Origin: Gemmatimonadota bacterium
GTDB taxonomy: Bacteria > Gemmatimonadota > Gemmatimonadetes > Gemmatimonadales > GWC2-71-9
Assembly (NCBI GenBank): GCA_039584325.1
Contig: JBDGYA010000011.1
Coordinates: 26,045-90,044 of the forward strand
Direction: 5' to 3'
DNA: 64,000 nt
Positions 38,611 through 50,475 of this stretch are shown here, piece by piece; within the stretch, counting starts at the first letter, position 1; every line of letters starts with the position of its first letter. Below the pieces are notes generated by a model that was not told the DNA's origin, did not search any database, and saw only the letters and a list, made by a program, of their open reading frames with translations. A program made the translations under genes and the position numbers.

Positions 38611-40269
38611 CTACATGCGCTTGTACGCCGGTCCCGCTCCTCCTTCGCGCGGCGTCCAGCGCGGCCCCACGACGTCCGTCGCCTTGCAGTCCACGCAGTT
38701 GGGCGCGTTGACCACCAGCTTCCCGTCGCTGACTTCGTACACGCCTGCCGGGCACAGATGCGCATAGAACTCGGCGGTGTCGGCAGAGACGTCCGGTCCG
38801 ACGATCAGGTGAGAGGGAATGTCGTCGCGGGTGGCGTTCCCCGCCTTGAACACGGCGTCCACCTTGCTCACGATCAGCGGATCTCCGCCGGGGACCGACA
38901 CGTCGCCTCCCGGCCGCCGCTCGACGTCGGCGTCCGGGTGCATTGCGATCCTCCATCCGGGGAACCGTCCCCCCGTAAGCGTCATGAGGCCCGCCTTGAT
39001 GCCGCCCCGTACGAAACCATCCTTGAAGGCGAGCCGCATGTTCCGCGTGCGGTACAGCTTGTCCCGGATGTAGGACCCGTGTACCAGCCGGTCGTACTCA
39101 GCCAGCCTCGCTCGCGACGTGTCGTCTGCCTTGAGGGCCGCGAAAATGGCCCTGGCGGCGTAGATGCCCGACTGCATCGCGTAGTGGATACCCTTGAGCG
39201 AGGGGACGTCGACGAGACCCGCGGCATCACCCAGGATCACCACGCCGTCACCTGCGAGGCGATCGGGCCAGGAATAGTATCCACCCTCGGGGATCGTCTT
39301 GGCACCCCACTCAATGAGATCCCCGCCGTCGAGGTACTGCTTGAAGAGCGGATGCCGCTTCATGTGTTGCAGCAACTCGTGCACGTCGAGATCGCGGTAC
39401 GGGTAGTCGAGCCCAACCACGAGACCGAGCGCGGCCACATTCGGCTCGAGGGGATACATGAAGCTGCCACCGAACACATCCCTCGGGAGCGGCCAGCCCA
39501 TCGTGTGAATGACGCGGTCGAGCGGGGTCTTCAGCTCCCATAGCTCCTTCACCCCGAGCGCGTAGACCTGCGGATTCTTCGCGCCGATTCCCTGCCACTC
39601 GAGGTACGCCTGCGCGAGCATGCCTCGCGTGCCTTCCGACAGTGCGGTGACCTTGGCAACGATATCGGCCGGCGGCATGTGGGTGCTCATCGGATTGCCG
39701 TCGCGGTCGAGTCCCGAGGGCACCGTCCGAACACCCAGGACCCGGTCGCCGTCGGTCAAGAGGCCGCCCGCGGGGAATCCGGGGAACACGTCGACGCCAA
39801 GTTCCTGCGCCTTGTCACCCAACCACTGCACCATCTCGCAGATCGACGCGACGTAGTTGCCCTTGTTGTGCATGAAGGGAGGCATCGGGAGCCGGCGGGC
39901 CCGGCGTTCAGACAGGAGATACAGCGACTCGTTCTCGACGGGCTGGCCGAAGGGGAAGTCCCCGTCATTCAGTTCCGGGAACAGGTCACGAAAGGCACGG
40001 GGATTCACGACAGCGCCCGACAGGTTGTGCTCGCCGAGCGAGCCTGCCTTCTCGAGCACGCCGATCGACAACTCCCCGATGCCGTCGCCGGATTCGTTGT
40101 CGCCGCGGACGAGGCGCGCCAGCTCGACAGCCCCCGACAGCCCCGCCGGGCCTGCACCCACGAACACTACATCGAGATCGATCCGCTCCTCGCCCGGTTC
40201 CTCACGAAGGATCAGCTGTTCTCGCGGCAGCGCTACCTGAGCGCCCGCCGGATGCACCGGCCCCATCAT
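38611..40269 (-). CDS. Electron-transfer flavoprotein:ubiquinone oxidoreductase
   Basis: FAD motif 'VVFVGAGPAGLSGA'. C-terminal 4Fe-4S region 'YAHLCPAGVYE...NAPNCVDCKATD'. Adjacent to etfAB. Confidence 0.92.
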   Translation of the reverse strand: MMGPVHPAGAQVALPREQLILREEPGEERIDLDVVFVGAGPAGLSGAVELARLVRGDNESGDGIGELSIGVLEKAGSLGEHNLSGAVVNPRAFRDLFPELNDGDFPFGQPVENESLYLLSERRARRLPMPPFMHNKGNYVASICEMVQWLGDKAQELGVDVFPGFPAGGLLTDGDRVLGVRTVPSGLDRDGNPMSTHMPPADIVAKVTALSEGTRGMLAQAYLEWQGIGAKNPQVYALGVKELWELKTPLDRVIHTMGWPLPRDVFGGSFMYPLEPNVAALGLVVGLDYPYRDLDVHELLQHMKRHPLFKQYLDGGDLIEWGAKTIPEGGYYSWPDRLAGDGVVILGDAAGLVDVPSLKGIHYAMQSGIYAARAIFAALKADDTSRARLAEYDRLVHGSYIRDKLYRTRNMRLAFKDGFVRGGIKAGLMTLTGGRFPGWRIAMHPDADVERRPGGDVSVPGGDPLIVSKVDAVFKAGNATRDDIPSHLIVGPDVSADTAEFYAHLCPAGVYEVSDGKLVVNAPNCVDCKATDVVGPRWTPREGGAGPAYKRM

Positions 40270-40273
40270 GCTG

Positions 40274-41230
40274 TCACCCCTCCCGGATAGCGCTGATCTC
40301 CTCCGTGAGCTTCGGCACCACCTCGAACAGATCCCCGACGATGCCGTAGTCGGCCACCTTGAAGATCGGCGCGTCGGGATCCTTGTTGATGGCGACGATC
40401 GTCTTCGCGGTGCGGATACCGGCGAGGTGCTGAATCGCGCCCGAGATGCCGACCGCGAAGTACAGGTTCGGGCTCACGACCTTTCCTGTCTGCCCTACCT
40501 GCTCGGCGTGCGGCCGCCATCCGGCATCGACTACGGCCCGTGATGCCCCGACGGCGCCGCCGAGCGCCGTGGCAAGGTCTTCCAGGAGCTTGAAGTTCTC
40601 CGGCTCCTTGAGGCCGCGGCCCCCGCTCACGATGACCGAGGCCTCGGCGACGTCGAGTGCCGCCCTCTCCGGCTGCTTCACTTCGACCGTCTTCGCCTTC
40701 GGCTCGGCAGCATCGACCGTCACCGACTCCGATGCCCCCGGCTTCTTCGTCTGTTCGGGGGCGACGGCGTTTGGCCTGACCGAGAGTACGCAGGGACTCC
40801 CGGTGACCTTCAGGGTGTAGGTAGCCTTGCCGGCGTAGACCGGCCGCGCCACGACGATGCCACCGTCGTAGCGAACCTCGGTCACATCGGCGGCCAGTGC
40901 ACAGCCGAGTCGTGCGGCCACCCGCGGGGCCAGGTCCTTGCCGAGCGCCGTCGCAGCCACGACGACGACATCGAAGTCGCCGGCAGTCGCCGCGATGGAC
41001 GCGTAGCGGTCGCCCTGGTAGTCCGCAAGCGCATCGTCAGTGGCCACCAGCACGGTATCGGCGCCAAACACTCCGAGGCCGTCGGCCTGTACTCCCGCTC
41101 CGCCGATGAGGAGCCCATGGACCTCTCCACCGAGCCCGTCCGCGATGCGGCGGGCCACCGTCAGCGTCTCGTGTGAGACCCTCTTCAGGGTACCACCGCG
41201 CTGCTCCAGGATTGCGAGAACGTTGGCCAT
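40274..41230 (-). CDS. etfA: Electron transfer flavoprotein alpha subunit
   Basis: C-terminal FAD domain 'VSGGRGL...VGASRA.VDAGW....QVGQTGK.V.P.LYFAVGISGAIQHLAG'. Confidence 0.95.
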   Translation of the reverse strand: MANVLAILEQRGGTLKRVSHETLTVARRIADGLGGEVHGLLIGGAGVQADGLGVFGADTVLVATDDALADYQGDRYASIAATAGDFDVVVVAATALGKDLAPRVAARLGCALAADVTEVRYDGGIVVARPVYAGKATYTLKVTGSPCVLSVRPNAVAPEQTKKPGASESVTVDAAEPKAKTVEVKQPERAALDVAEASVIVSGGRGLKEPENFKLLEDLATALGGAVGASRAVVDAGWRPHAEQVGQTGKVVSPNLYFAVGISGAIQHLAGIRTAKTIVAINKDPDAPIFKVADYGIVGDLFEVVPKLTEEISAIREG

Positions 41231-41982
41231 CAGAGCACCTTCGCTTCATTCTTGAGTGCGTCGATCAGCGCGGACACCGCCTCGGCACCCTCGCCAACGA
41301 TCCTGCCCGCCTGGCGCTCCGGTGGATAGTCGAGCGATAGGACCTCGAGCCCGCCGGCGTCGAGTCCCGCCTCCTTCACATCGAGCGGCTTCTTCTTGGC
41401 CATCATGATCCCGCGCAGCGCGGGGTAGCGCGGCTCGTTGAGCCCCTTGTCGGCGGTGACGACGGCTGGGAGCGCAAACTCAACGACCTCGATACCACCC
41501 TCGATCTCGCGCTCGGCTACGCCCTTGCCATCAGCAATGTCGAGGTGCGCAACCGCACTGACACTCGGCAGCTCGAGCAGCTCGGCAACCATCGTCCCCA
41601 CCGCCTGGCTCGAGTCGTCGATCGCCATCTTGCCGAAGAGAACGAGATCGTAGCCGCCGTCCTTCAACTCGGCAGCAAGGGCCGTAGCGACCGGCAGCGG
41701 ATCGAGCGGAAGCGTGTCGCTCATCAGCAGCACGCCTCGGTCCGCTCCCATCGCGAGAGCGGTGCGTATCGTTTCCTGAGCCGCCTCAGCGCCCACACAG
41801 ACCACCACCACTTCTCCGGACCCGGCCGCCTCCTTCAGCTTCAGCGCCTCCTCGACCGCGTATTCGTCGTAGGGATTGAGCACGAACTTCACGCCCGTCC
41901 CGTCGATCGACTTGCCGTCGGCACCAACCTTGATACGGGCCTCCGAGTCCGGAACCCGTTTCACACAAACCGCGAGCTTCAC
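41230..41982 (-). CDS. etfB: Electron transfer flavoprotein beta subunit
   Basis: 'KLAVCVKRVPD', 'NPYDEYAVEEALKLKE', and 'DLVLFGKMAIDDSSQAVG'. Confidence 0.95.
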   Translation of the reverse strand: MKLAVCVKRVPDSEARIKVGADGKSIDGTGVKFVLNPYDEYAVEEALKLKEAAGSGEVVVVCVGAEAAQETIRTALAMGADRGVLLMSDTLPLDPLPVATALAAELKDGGYDLVLFGKMAIDDSSQAVGTMVAELLELPSVSAVAHLDIADGKGVAEREIEGGIEVVEFALPAVVTADKGLNEPRYPALRGIMMAKKKPLDVKEAGLDAGGLEVLSLDYPPERQAGRIVGEGAEAVSALIDALKNEAKVL

Positions 41983-42172
41983 GGCAACCCCTTGTTTGAC
42001 TTGATGTTAGCAGACAGTCCCGGCCACCGACGGGCCGGAGGTGAACCTACTCGCTGGGCAGAGGCGCCGCAACGCTCACCACCCCCTGCTGGACAAGTCA
42101 CCGTCCTCCAGGCTGGAACCCTGTTGCCCAACCATGTACGGGTGCTCGCCGTGGCCCCCGAACCCGCTCGCA

Positions 42173-42358
42173 TTACTCCGGATCGATGAACCCGATCGTC
42201 TTGTGCGTGCCGTCGCAGAAGGGCTTGGTCTTGGATGCCCCGCAGCGACACAGGACGAAATTCTCCTTGACCTCGATCTCGTTGCCTTCATGATCGGTGA
42301 CCACACACGGCCCGGTGACCAGATACGGGCCGTCCTTGCGAACCTTGATGGTCGTCAC
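42173..42358 (-). CDS. CDGSH iron-sulfur domain protein (61 aa)
   Basis: Exact CDGSH signature 'CRCGASKTKPFCDGTH'. The GTG start follows GAGGAGGAG. Confidence 0.85.
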   Translation of the reverse strand: MTTIKVRKDGPYLVTGPCVVTDHEGNEIEVKENFVLCRCGASKTKPFCDGTHKTIGFIDPE

Positions 42359-42410
42359 GTGCTCCTCCTCAGCATCGCGTGCCTCCGTTCCGTCTCGGAG
42401 CGGCAGTTTC

Positions 42411-44147
42411 TCACTTCGCTGTCAGCACCGCAAGTAACCGGTGGAGCGGCAGCGTGTTAATGACGTCGTCGGGTGTGAGCCAGGCGCGCCGCGCCTGGTC
42501 CACGCCGAAGCGGATCAGATCGAGGTCGTCGGCCCGGTGTGCGTCTGTGCTGATGACGACCGCGAGTCCGAGCTCCTTGGCACGCATCAGGTGCGTGTCC
42601 CTCAGGTCGAGGCGGTCTGGGTGGGCATTCAGCTCGACCACCACGCCGTGCTCCGCCGCAGCCTGCAGTACCTCGTCCACGTCGAACTGCATCGGATCCC
42701 GACGGTTGATCAGCCGGCCGGTCGGATGCGCCAGAATGTTGACCTCGGGATGCTCCAGCGCTGCGAGGATCCGTGCCGTCTGTTTGGCGGCCGGCAACTC
42801 GAGCCGCGAGTGCACCGAAACCAGCACCACATCCAGTTCGGCGAGCAGTTCGTCTTCCAAATCCAGCGATCCGTCCCGTAGAATATCGACTTCCATCCCC
42901 CGGAGGATGCGAATCTCGTCGTGGCGGGCTTGAATCTCCTCGATCTCCACCCACTGCGCGCGCAGCTTCGCGGCGTCGAGGCCACCGGTCATCGCTAGTG
43001 CTTTGGAGTGGTCCGTGATCGCGAAGTACTCGTAGCCGCGGGCGACGCACGCGGTCAGCATTTCCTCGATCGACTGCTTGCCGTCCGACCAGGTCGAGTG
43101 CATTTGCAGATCGCCGCGCAGAGCGTCGAGGGTCAGCAGCTCGGGGAGCGCGTCGTCCACCGCCGCCTCGATCTCTCCCCGATCCTCTCGGAGCTCCGGA
43201 GGGACCCAGGGTAGTCCGACCGCGCCATAGACATCCGCCTCCTCTCGCCCTGCCACCGGTGTCTGGTGCTCGTCACCTTCCTCGACGGCACGGAACACCC
43301 CGTATTCCGATACCGTCAACCCCTGTGCGACGGCGCGCGTACGGAACTTCACGTTGTGTGCTTTGGAGCCGGTGAAGTACTGCAGTGCCGCTCCGTAGCT
43401 CTCGGCGGGAAGTACCCGCAAGTCTACCTGCAGGCCGGAGCGTAGCACGACCGTGGTCTTGGTGTCACCTGACAGCTCGACCCGGCTCACCTCCGGGTAC
43501 GCCCTGAAGTACTCCATGACTGCCGCCGGCGGTGTGGCGATGGCCAGGAGATCGACATCACCCACCGTCTCACGGCGGCGGCGGTAGGAGCCAGCGACCT
43601 CCACGCGCTCGACGCGCTCGTGTCCGGCGAGGTACGCCAGCAGAGGCTCCACGTACTGCTCGGCCTCGGCGAGTCGGACTCGTCCCTGCCGCCGCCAGTA
43701 GCCCGCGATCCCATCGAGAATCTTCTTCTGGCTCTTCTCGCCGAACCCCTCCAGTCCGGCGATCTCACCCGCCCGGGCGGCGCGCTCGAGATCATCGATC
43801 GTACGGACGTCGAGCGCCTCCCACAGCCGCCGCGTCTTCTTCGCACCGACTCCGGGCAGCCGGGTCAAATCGAGCAGGGAGTACGGGATCTCGCTGGTGA
43901 GGTCATCGAGCAGTCCGAGCTTCCCGCTGGTGACCACCTCGCGAATGTACCCGGCGATGTCCTTGCCAATGCCCGGCAAATCGGTCAGGTCCGCTTCCTG
44001 CTCCACGAGGACGCGCAGCGGCGTCGTGTGTTCCTCCACAGTACGAGCGGCATTCTGGTATGCGCGGATGCGGAACGGATTGCTGCCCTTGATCTCGAGC
44101 AACGTGGCGATGTCCTCGAGCACGCGTGCAAGCTCGACGTTCTCCAC
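42411..44147 (-). CDS. polX: Family X DNA polymerase with C-terminal PHP domain
   Basis: N-terminal HhH region 'NPFRIRAYQNAARTV' and 'LPGIGKDIA', a Pol-beta-like core, and a PHP domain 'LQMHSTWSDG...ITDHS'. Confidence 0.92.
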   Translation of the reverse strand: MENVELARVLEDIATLLEIKGSNPFRIRAYQNAARTVEEHTTPLRVLVEQEADLTDLPGIGKDIAGYIREVVTSGKLGLLDDLTSEIPYSLLDLTRLPGVGAKKTRRLWEALDVRTIDDLERAARAGEIAGLEGFGEKSQKKILDGIAGYWRRQGRVRLAEAEQYVEPLLAYLAGHERVERVEVAGSYRRRRETVGDVDLLAIATPPAAVMEYFRAYPEVSRVELSGDTKTTVVLRSGLQVDLRVLPAESYGAALQYFTGSKAHNVKFRTRAVAQGLTVSEYGVFRAVEEGDEHQTPVAGREEADVYGAVGLPWVPPELREDRGEIEAAVDDALPELLTLDALRGDLQMHSTWSDGKQSIEEMLTACVARGYEYFAITDHSKALAMTGGLDAAKLRAQWVEIEEIQARHDEIRILRGMEVDILRDGSLDLEDELLAELDVVLVSVHSRLELPAAKQTARILAALEHPEVNILAHPTGRLINRRDPMQFDVDEVLQAAAEHGVVVELNAHPDRLDLRDTHLMRAKELGLAVVISTDAHRADDLDLIRFGVDQARRAWLTPDDVINTLPLHRLLAVLTAK

Positions 44148-46229
<2,082 letters not shown>

Positions 46230-46244
46230 TCATACCGGACGGCT

Positions 46245-47474
46245 TCAGGCGGACCGCTGTCCCCGTCGTCGCACGACCCAGAGGAGTGGCAGCAGCATCG
46301 CCGCCGCCAGTGCGGCGGATAGGTGGAACGGCGCGGTGAGTCCCAAGACAGCGTAGGCCACCCCCGCGAGGACCGGCCCGAGAGTCTGTCCCAGTCGCAG
46401 CAGCATGCCGTTGACCGACAGGAGCACGGCCCGGTAGCGGTCCGGTGCGGCACCGCTCAGGACTGTGAGGATGCTGGGAATCGACAGACCGTTGGCCGCA
46501 CCAAAGACCATGACGATTACCGTCTGTTGCCACAGGGTGCGGGCGAGGGGCATCACCAGCATGGCCAGCGCATACAGCAGGAACCCCGTCGCCACGAGGC
46601 GCCGTTCGCCCACGACTGCCGCCACCCGGCCGAGTCCCAACGACGCCAGCCCCGTGGCAACCGATGCGGCGGCGAACATCGCGCCGATCCCGAGCGGGCT
46701 CGCTCCGAAGGAGCGTTCCAGGACGAACGGTAGGAACGTCAGGTACGCCCCGTAGATCAGCACGAACGTGAGGAGGCCGGCCAGAAACATGACCAGCACC
46801 TCTCTCGTCGCCATGACAACTGCAGCGCTGCGCAGGTAGGACCTCAGGGAGCCCGTTGCCGACGGCATCGGACTGTCGAGGACGAGAAGCACGAAGAACG
46901 CGACGGGGACGGCGGCGATTGGCAGGAAAAAGGGCCAGTACCACGCCGCCATGGCCAGCGCTCCACCAATCGCGGGATAGACGGCGGTCCCGACGCTCAG
47001 GACCGCGGAGTTGTACCCCATGGCCGTGGTGCGGCGCCGGCCGGTGTAGAGGTCGCCGATGAGCGTGACGTTGATCGCCCCAAGCGCCGCGCCCCCGACG
47101 CCCTGCAGCAGGCGCAGGGCTACGAGCAACTCAAAATCACGCGCCAGCCCGCACGAGGCACCGGCGACACCGAACAGCAGCAGCGACGGCACGAGGATCG
47201 TCTTGCGCCCGAGGCGGTCGGCGAGCACGCCGAGGACGGGAGTGAGGATCACCCCGGGGAGCGTGAACGCGGACACGAGCAACCCGACCGACTCCGGCGA
47301 GATCTCGAGGGCAGCGGCGACCCGGGGGAACGCGGGCGTCACGCTCGCCACACCCAGCATGGCCATCAGTGTCACACTGAACACGACCCGGAGATTCGGA
47401 TCGCGAAGCAGCGACCTCTGCCCCTGGTCCCGCTCAGTCGGCTCCCTCAGAGGAACGTCTGCCACCCGCACCAC
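46245..47474 (-). CDS. MFS transporter
   Basis: About 12 hydrophobic helices. MFS loop motif 'GVLADRLGRK'. Confidence 0.85.
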   Translation of the reverse strand: MVRVADVPLREPTERDQGQRSLLRDPNLRVVFSVTLMAMLGVASVTPAFPRVAAALEISPESVGLLVSAFTLPGVILTPVLGVLADRLGRKTILVPSLLLFGVAGASCGLARDFELLVALRLLQGVGGAALGAINVTLIGDLYTGRRRTTAMGYNSAVLSVGTAVYPAIGGALAMAAWYWPFFLPIAAVPVAFFVLLVLDSPMPSATGSLRSYLRSAAVVMATREVLVMFLAGLLTFVLIYGAYLTFLPFVLERSFGASPLGIGAMFAAASVATGLASLGLGRVAAVVGERRLVATGFLLYALAMLVMPLARTLWQQTVIVMVFGAANGLSIPSILTVLSGAAPDRYRAVLLSVNGMLLRLGQTLGPVLAGVAYAVLGLTAPFHLSAALAAAMLLPLLWVVRRRGQRSA

Positions 47475-47487
47475 CCACCCACCTCGA

Positions 47488-47595
47488 CTACGGTGCCGGG
47501 GTCAACCGGTAGACGCCCTTCTCGTTCATGATCTTGCCGGCGATCCAGCCGGCGGCGATACCGATGACCAGGAACCAGAGGAAACTCACCTGCAT
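47488..47595 (-). CDS. 35-aa single-TM ORF resembling the first helix of GlsB/YeaQ/YmgE proteins (mini-protein or gene remnant)
   Basis: My own translation is MQVSFLWFLVIGIAAGWIAGKIMNEKGVYRLTPAP*. The ATG follows GGAGG. The ORF is below the track's size cut-off and ends 13 nt before the MFS start. Confidence 0.35.
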   Translation of the reverse strand: MQVSFLWFLVIGIAAGWIAGKIMNEKGVYRLTPAP

Positions 47596-47736
47596 GAGGG
47601 CCTCCTGCGGAGTCGCGTGGCACAACTGGCAAACGAGCTCGAGACACAGCAGACGCGCGCCACTGGGAACAGGGCCGCCCGTCGTGTGCGACGCTTGGCC
47701 GTCGTACTCCGCCGCCGCGTGCTGAGGCGGATTCGG

Positions 47737-48921
47737 TCAGCCCGTGAAGGCAGGCAATCCGGTGATCGCTTCTCCCAGAATCAGCGTGTGGATGTCGTGC
47801 GCGCCCTCGTACGTGTACACGCTCTCCAGGTTCACCATGTGTCGCATCGCCTGATACTCCGCCAGGATTCCGCTCGCGCCCAGGAGTCGGCGCGTCTCCC
47901 GCGCGCATTCGCACGCGATGTCGACGTTGTTGCGCTTGGCTAGCGATACCTGGACCGGAGTCGCTTCGCCCCGATCCTTCAGGCGCCCGAGCTGTACGCA
48001 CAGCAGTTGCGCCTTCGTGATCTCGGTCAGCATCTCGGCGAGCCGGGCCTGCTGGATTTGGAATCCGCCGATCGGGCGGTCGAACATGACGCGCTCCCCG
48101 GCATAGGACTTCGCCTCCTCGAAGCACGCCATCGCGGCGCCGATCGCACCCCAGGCAATGCCGTACCGTGCCTGGGTCAGACACATCAGAGCGTTCTTGA
48201 GACCCGTGGTCTCGGGCAGGAGGTAGTCCTCGGGAATCCGCACGTTCTCGAGCACCAACTCGCTGGTGTCGCTGGCCCGCAGCGAGAGTTTGCCCTTCTG
48301 GTCTCGCGCGGTGAAGCCGTCGGCGTCGGTCGGAACGAGGAATCCCCGAATCGACTTGGGATCGTCGAGATCACCCGTCTTGGCCCAGATGACGGCGACG
48401 TCGGCCATGGACCCGCTCGTGATCCACATCTTGGCACCGTTGAGCACCCACTCCCCACCGTCCTCCCGAGCGGTCGTGATCAGTCCGCCGGGGTTGGATC
48501 CGAAGTCCGCCTCGGTGAGCCCGAAACACCCGATGACCTCGCCGCTGGCGAGGCGGGGCAGCCACGCGCGACGCTGATCCTCGCTGCCAAACGCATGGAT
48601 CGGGTACATCACGAGCGCACCCTGCACCGACGCGAACGAGCGCAGCCCACTGTCGCCGCGCTCCAGCTCCTGCATGATCAGCCCGTACGCCACACTGTTC
48701 AGCTCGGCACAGCCGTACTCGGCCGGTAGGTTCGCGCCGAGCATTCCTAACTCCGCCATCGCCGGAACGAGGTGGGTGGGAAACCGTCCCTCCAGATGAT
48801 GCTCAGCGATGATCGGCATCACGGACTCGTCCACCCACCGGCGGATCGTGTCGCGCACGGCACGCTCCTCCTCGGTCAGCAGCGAGTCGGTGTCGAAGAA
48901 ATCTACCCCCTGGAATGCCAT
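47737..48921 (-). CDS. gcdH: Glutaryl-CoA dehydrogenase (acyl-CoA dehydrogenase family)
   Basis: 'YGLIMQELERGDSGLRSFASVQGALVMYPI', 'GCFGLTEADFGSNPGG' and 'KMWITSG'. Matches the glutaryl-CoA dehydrogenase subfamily pattern. Confidence 0.88.
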   Translation of the reverse strand: MAFQGVDFFDTDSLLTEEERAVRDTIRRWVDESVMPIIAEHHLEGRFPTHLVPAMAELGMLGANLPAEYGCAELNSVAYGLIMQELERGDSGLRSFASVQGALVMYPIHAFGSEDQRRAWLPRLASGEVIGCFGLTEADFGSNPGGLITTAREDGGEWVLNGAKMWITSGSMADVAVIWAKTGDLDDPKSIRGFLVPTDADGFTARDQKGKLSLRASDTSELVLENVRIPEDYLLPETTGLKNALMCLTQARYGIAWGAIGAAMACFEEAKSYAGERVMFDRPIGGFQIQQARLAEMLTEITKAQLLCVQLGRLKDRGEATPVQVSLAKRNNVDIACECARETRRLLGASGILAEYQAMRHMVNLESVYTYEGAHDIHTLILGEAITGLPAFTG

Positions 48922-48940
48922 GGTCCCGCTCCTTCAGTGC

Positions 48941-49636
48941 TCAATCGGTCCGCGAACCGCCATCGGCCTTCCGGGCTGCCGGTACGATCCCGACCTCCCG
49001 CGCCTTCTCCTTGAACGACCTGCCGTGATCCGCTGGGTGCCCGCGCTCGGCCTGCCACTGGTGCACCATCTCATGGAGGAGTGTGTCCCGCACCTCCGTC
49101 CATCCATCCCTCTGCATGTGCCGTCGATTGACCGCGATCTCGGCGGCGCCCCCAGTCGTCCCATCCACCACGAGCTCTCCCAGTCGCGTCGTCATCCGCG
49201 AGGACACTCGGATCGGGATTCGAGAAAGCTGGCCGTCGAAGTACTGCCGGTTGAGCTCCGCATGCCGCCGCTCCAGCTCCGTCACCAGATTCCGATCCTC
49301 CGGCGCAATACCGCGGCGGGATCGCCTGACTGGCAGATGCCGGTCGACGGCAAAGGCGAGCACCATTCGCTTCGCGGCGGCCCGCGTGCGTGCGTCCACG
49401 CCGGGTCGAAGGAAGTTAACCACAGCCTCGAGCGTGCGGTCAGCGGCATAGGCATAGCCGCGATGAATGCGCACCGTACCTCGTGATGTGAGACTCACCA
49501 TCACCGTCCGGTTGGTGTGGAGCCGGATCGGGTGGCGCTCGGGAAGGCCAAGTCGCTGCAGGCGGGAGGTCAACAGCGCGGCGTCGGCCTCCCAGCCCTG
49601 CCGTTCAGCCGACCGCAGCCGCTGTCGGCGCGTCAT
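48941..49636 (-). CDS. SprT-like zinc metalloprotease domain protein
   Basis: The C-terminal half carries 'LNRQYFDGQL...IPIRVSSRMTTRLGE' and 'TLLHEMVHQWQ' (HExxH). The start was trimmed to the ATG at 49636, which overlaps the upstream gene by 32 nt. Confidence 0.75.
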   Translation of the reverse strand: MTRRQRLRSAERQGWEADAALLTSRLQRLGLPERHPIRLHTNRTVMVSLTSRGTVRIHRGYAYAADRTLEAVVNFLRPGVDARTRAAAKRMVLAFAVDRHLPVRRSRRGIAPEDRNLVTELERRHAELNRQYFDGQLSRIPIRVSSRMTTRLGELVVDGTTGGAAEIAVNRRHMQRDGWTEVRDTLLHEMVHQWQAERGHPADHGRSFKEKAREVGIVPAARKADGGSRTD

Positions 49637-50462
49637 GCCTCGGCCGCGGGTGCGGGAACGTGTGGCTGTCCGACCGCTTGAACAGACCAAGATTCTGTTC
49701 CCAGCGGTAGTACTCGACGTGAATGGCATCCTCCTCAATCGTCACGCGATTGAATACTGAGGGCCGACCGCCACGCGACCGGTCCGAGAGGGTGCCGGCG
49801 CACGACACCACCACGCGATCATTCAGCAAGTCGGCCTTTTCCTGATGATCGTGCCCGCACAGGACGACGTCGGCACCCGAGCTTACGATACGCTCTTGTG
49901 CGCGGCGCCAGCGTGCCAGTCCCATGCGCTGTGACAACTCACCGGGAAGCACGTTGTGGTGCAGCACGAGGACGCGTGCCTGGGACGGATCCGCGGCGGC
50001 GAAGGTCGCGGCAGCGTGCTCGATCTGCCGCTTGGGAAGGTGCCCTTTGACCGCCACGTCACGGATGCGAGTCGTGAGCGAGCCCCACGCGACGCCGTAG
50101 GAGGTCAATACACCGGTGAGCACCGCTTCGGGCAACTCCAACGTCGGAGCGAGCACGGGTCCAAAGTACCTGGTGTACTTCCGGTAGAGCGCGCTCGGGG
50201 CAAACGGGATCAACGGGCGCCACCACCACTGCACGTCGTGGTTGCCGGGAACGACGTACACCGGGGCGGTGCGCTCCAGCTCCCGGGCGAACGCGACTGC
50301 CGCCTGGAACTCGCCATGCCGGCTCCGCAGCGACACGTCACCCGAGAGCACGATCACCCGAGCGTCGAGATCCGGCACGAGCTCCTCCACGGCACGGATC
50401 TGTCGCAAGTCGGCGACCTCACCGAAGTGCGTGTCGGACAAGTGCACGATCCGGAAGCTCAC
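49605..50462 (-). CDS. Calcineurin-like metallophosphoesterase
   Basis: GTG at 50462 follows GGAGGG. 'IVHLSDTHFG', 'VLSGDV', 'VPGNHD', 'LHHN' and 'CGHDH' motifs. Confidence 0.8.
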   Translation of the reverse strand: MSFRIVHLSDTHFGEVADLRQIRAVEELVPDLDARVIVLSGDVSLRSRHGEFQAAVAFARELERTAPVYVVPGNHDVQWWWRPLIPFAPSALYRKYTRYFGPVLAPTLELPEAVLTGVLTSYGVAWGSLTTRIRDVAVKGHLPKRQIEHAAATFAAADPSQARVLVLHHNVLPGELSQRMGLARWRRAQERIVSSGADVVLCGHDHQEKADLLNDRVVVSCAGTLSDRSRGGRPSVFNRVTIEEDAIHVEYYRWEQNLGLFKRSDSHTFPHPRPRHDAPTAAAVG

Positions 50463-50475
50463 GAGGCGCCCTCCA

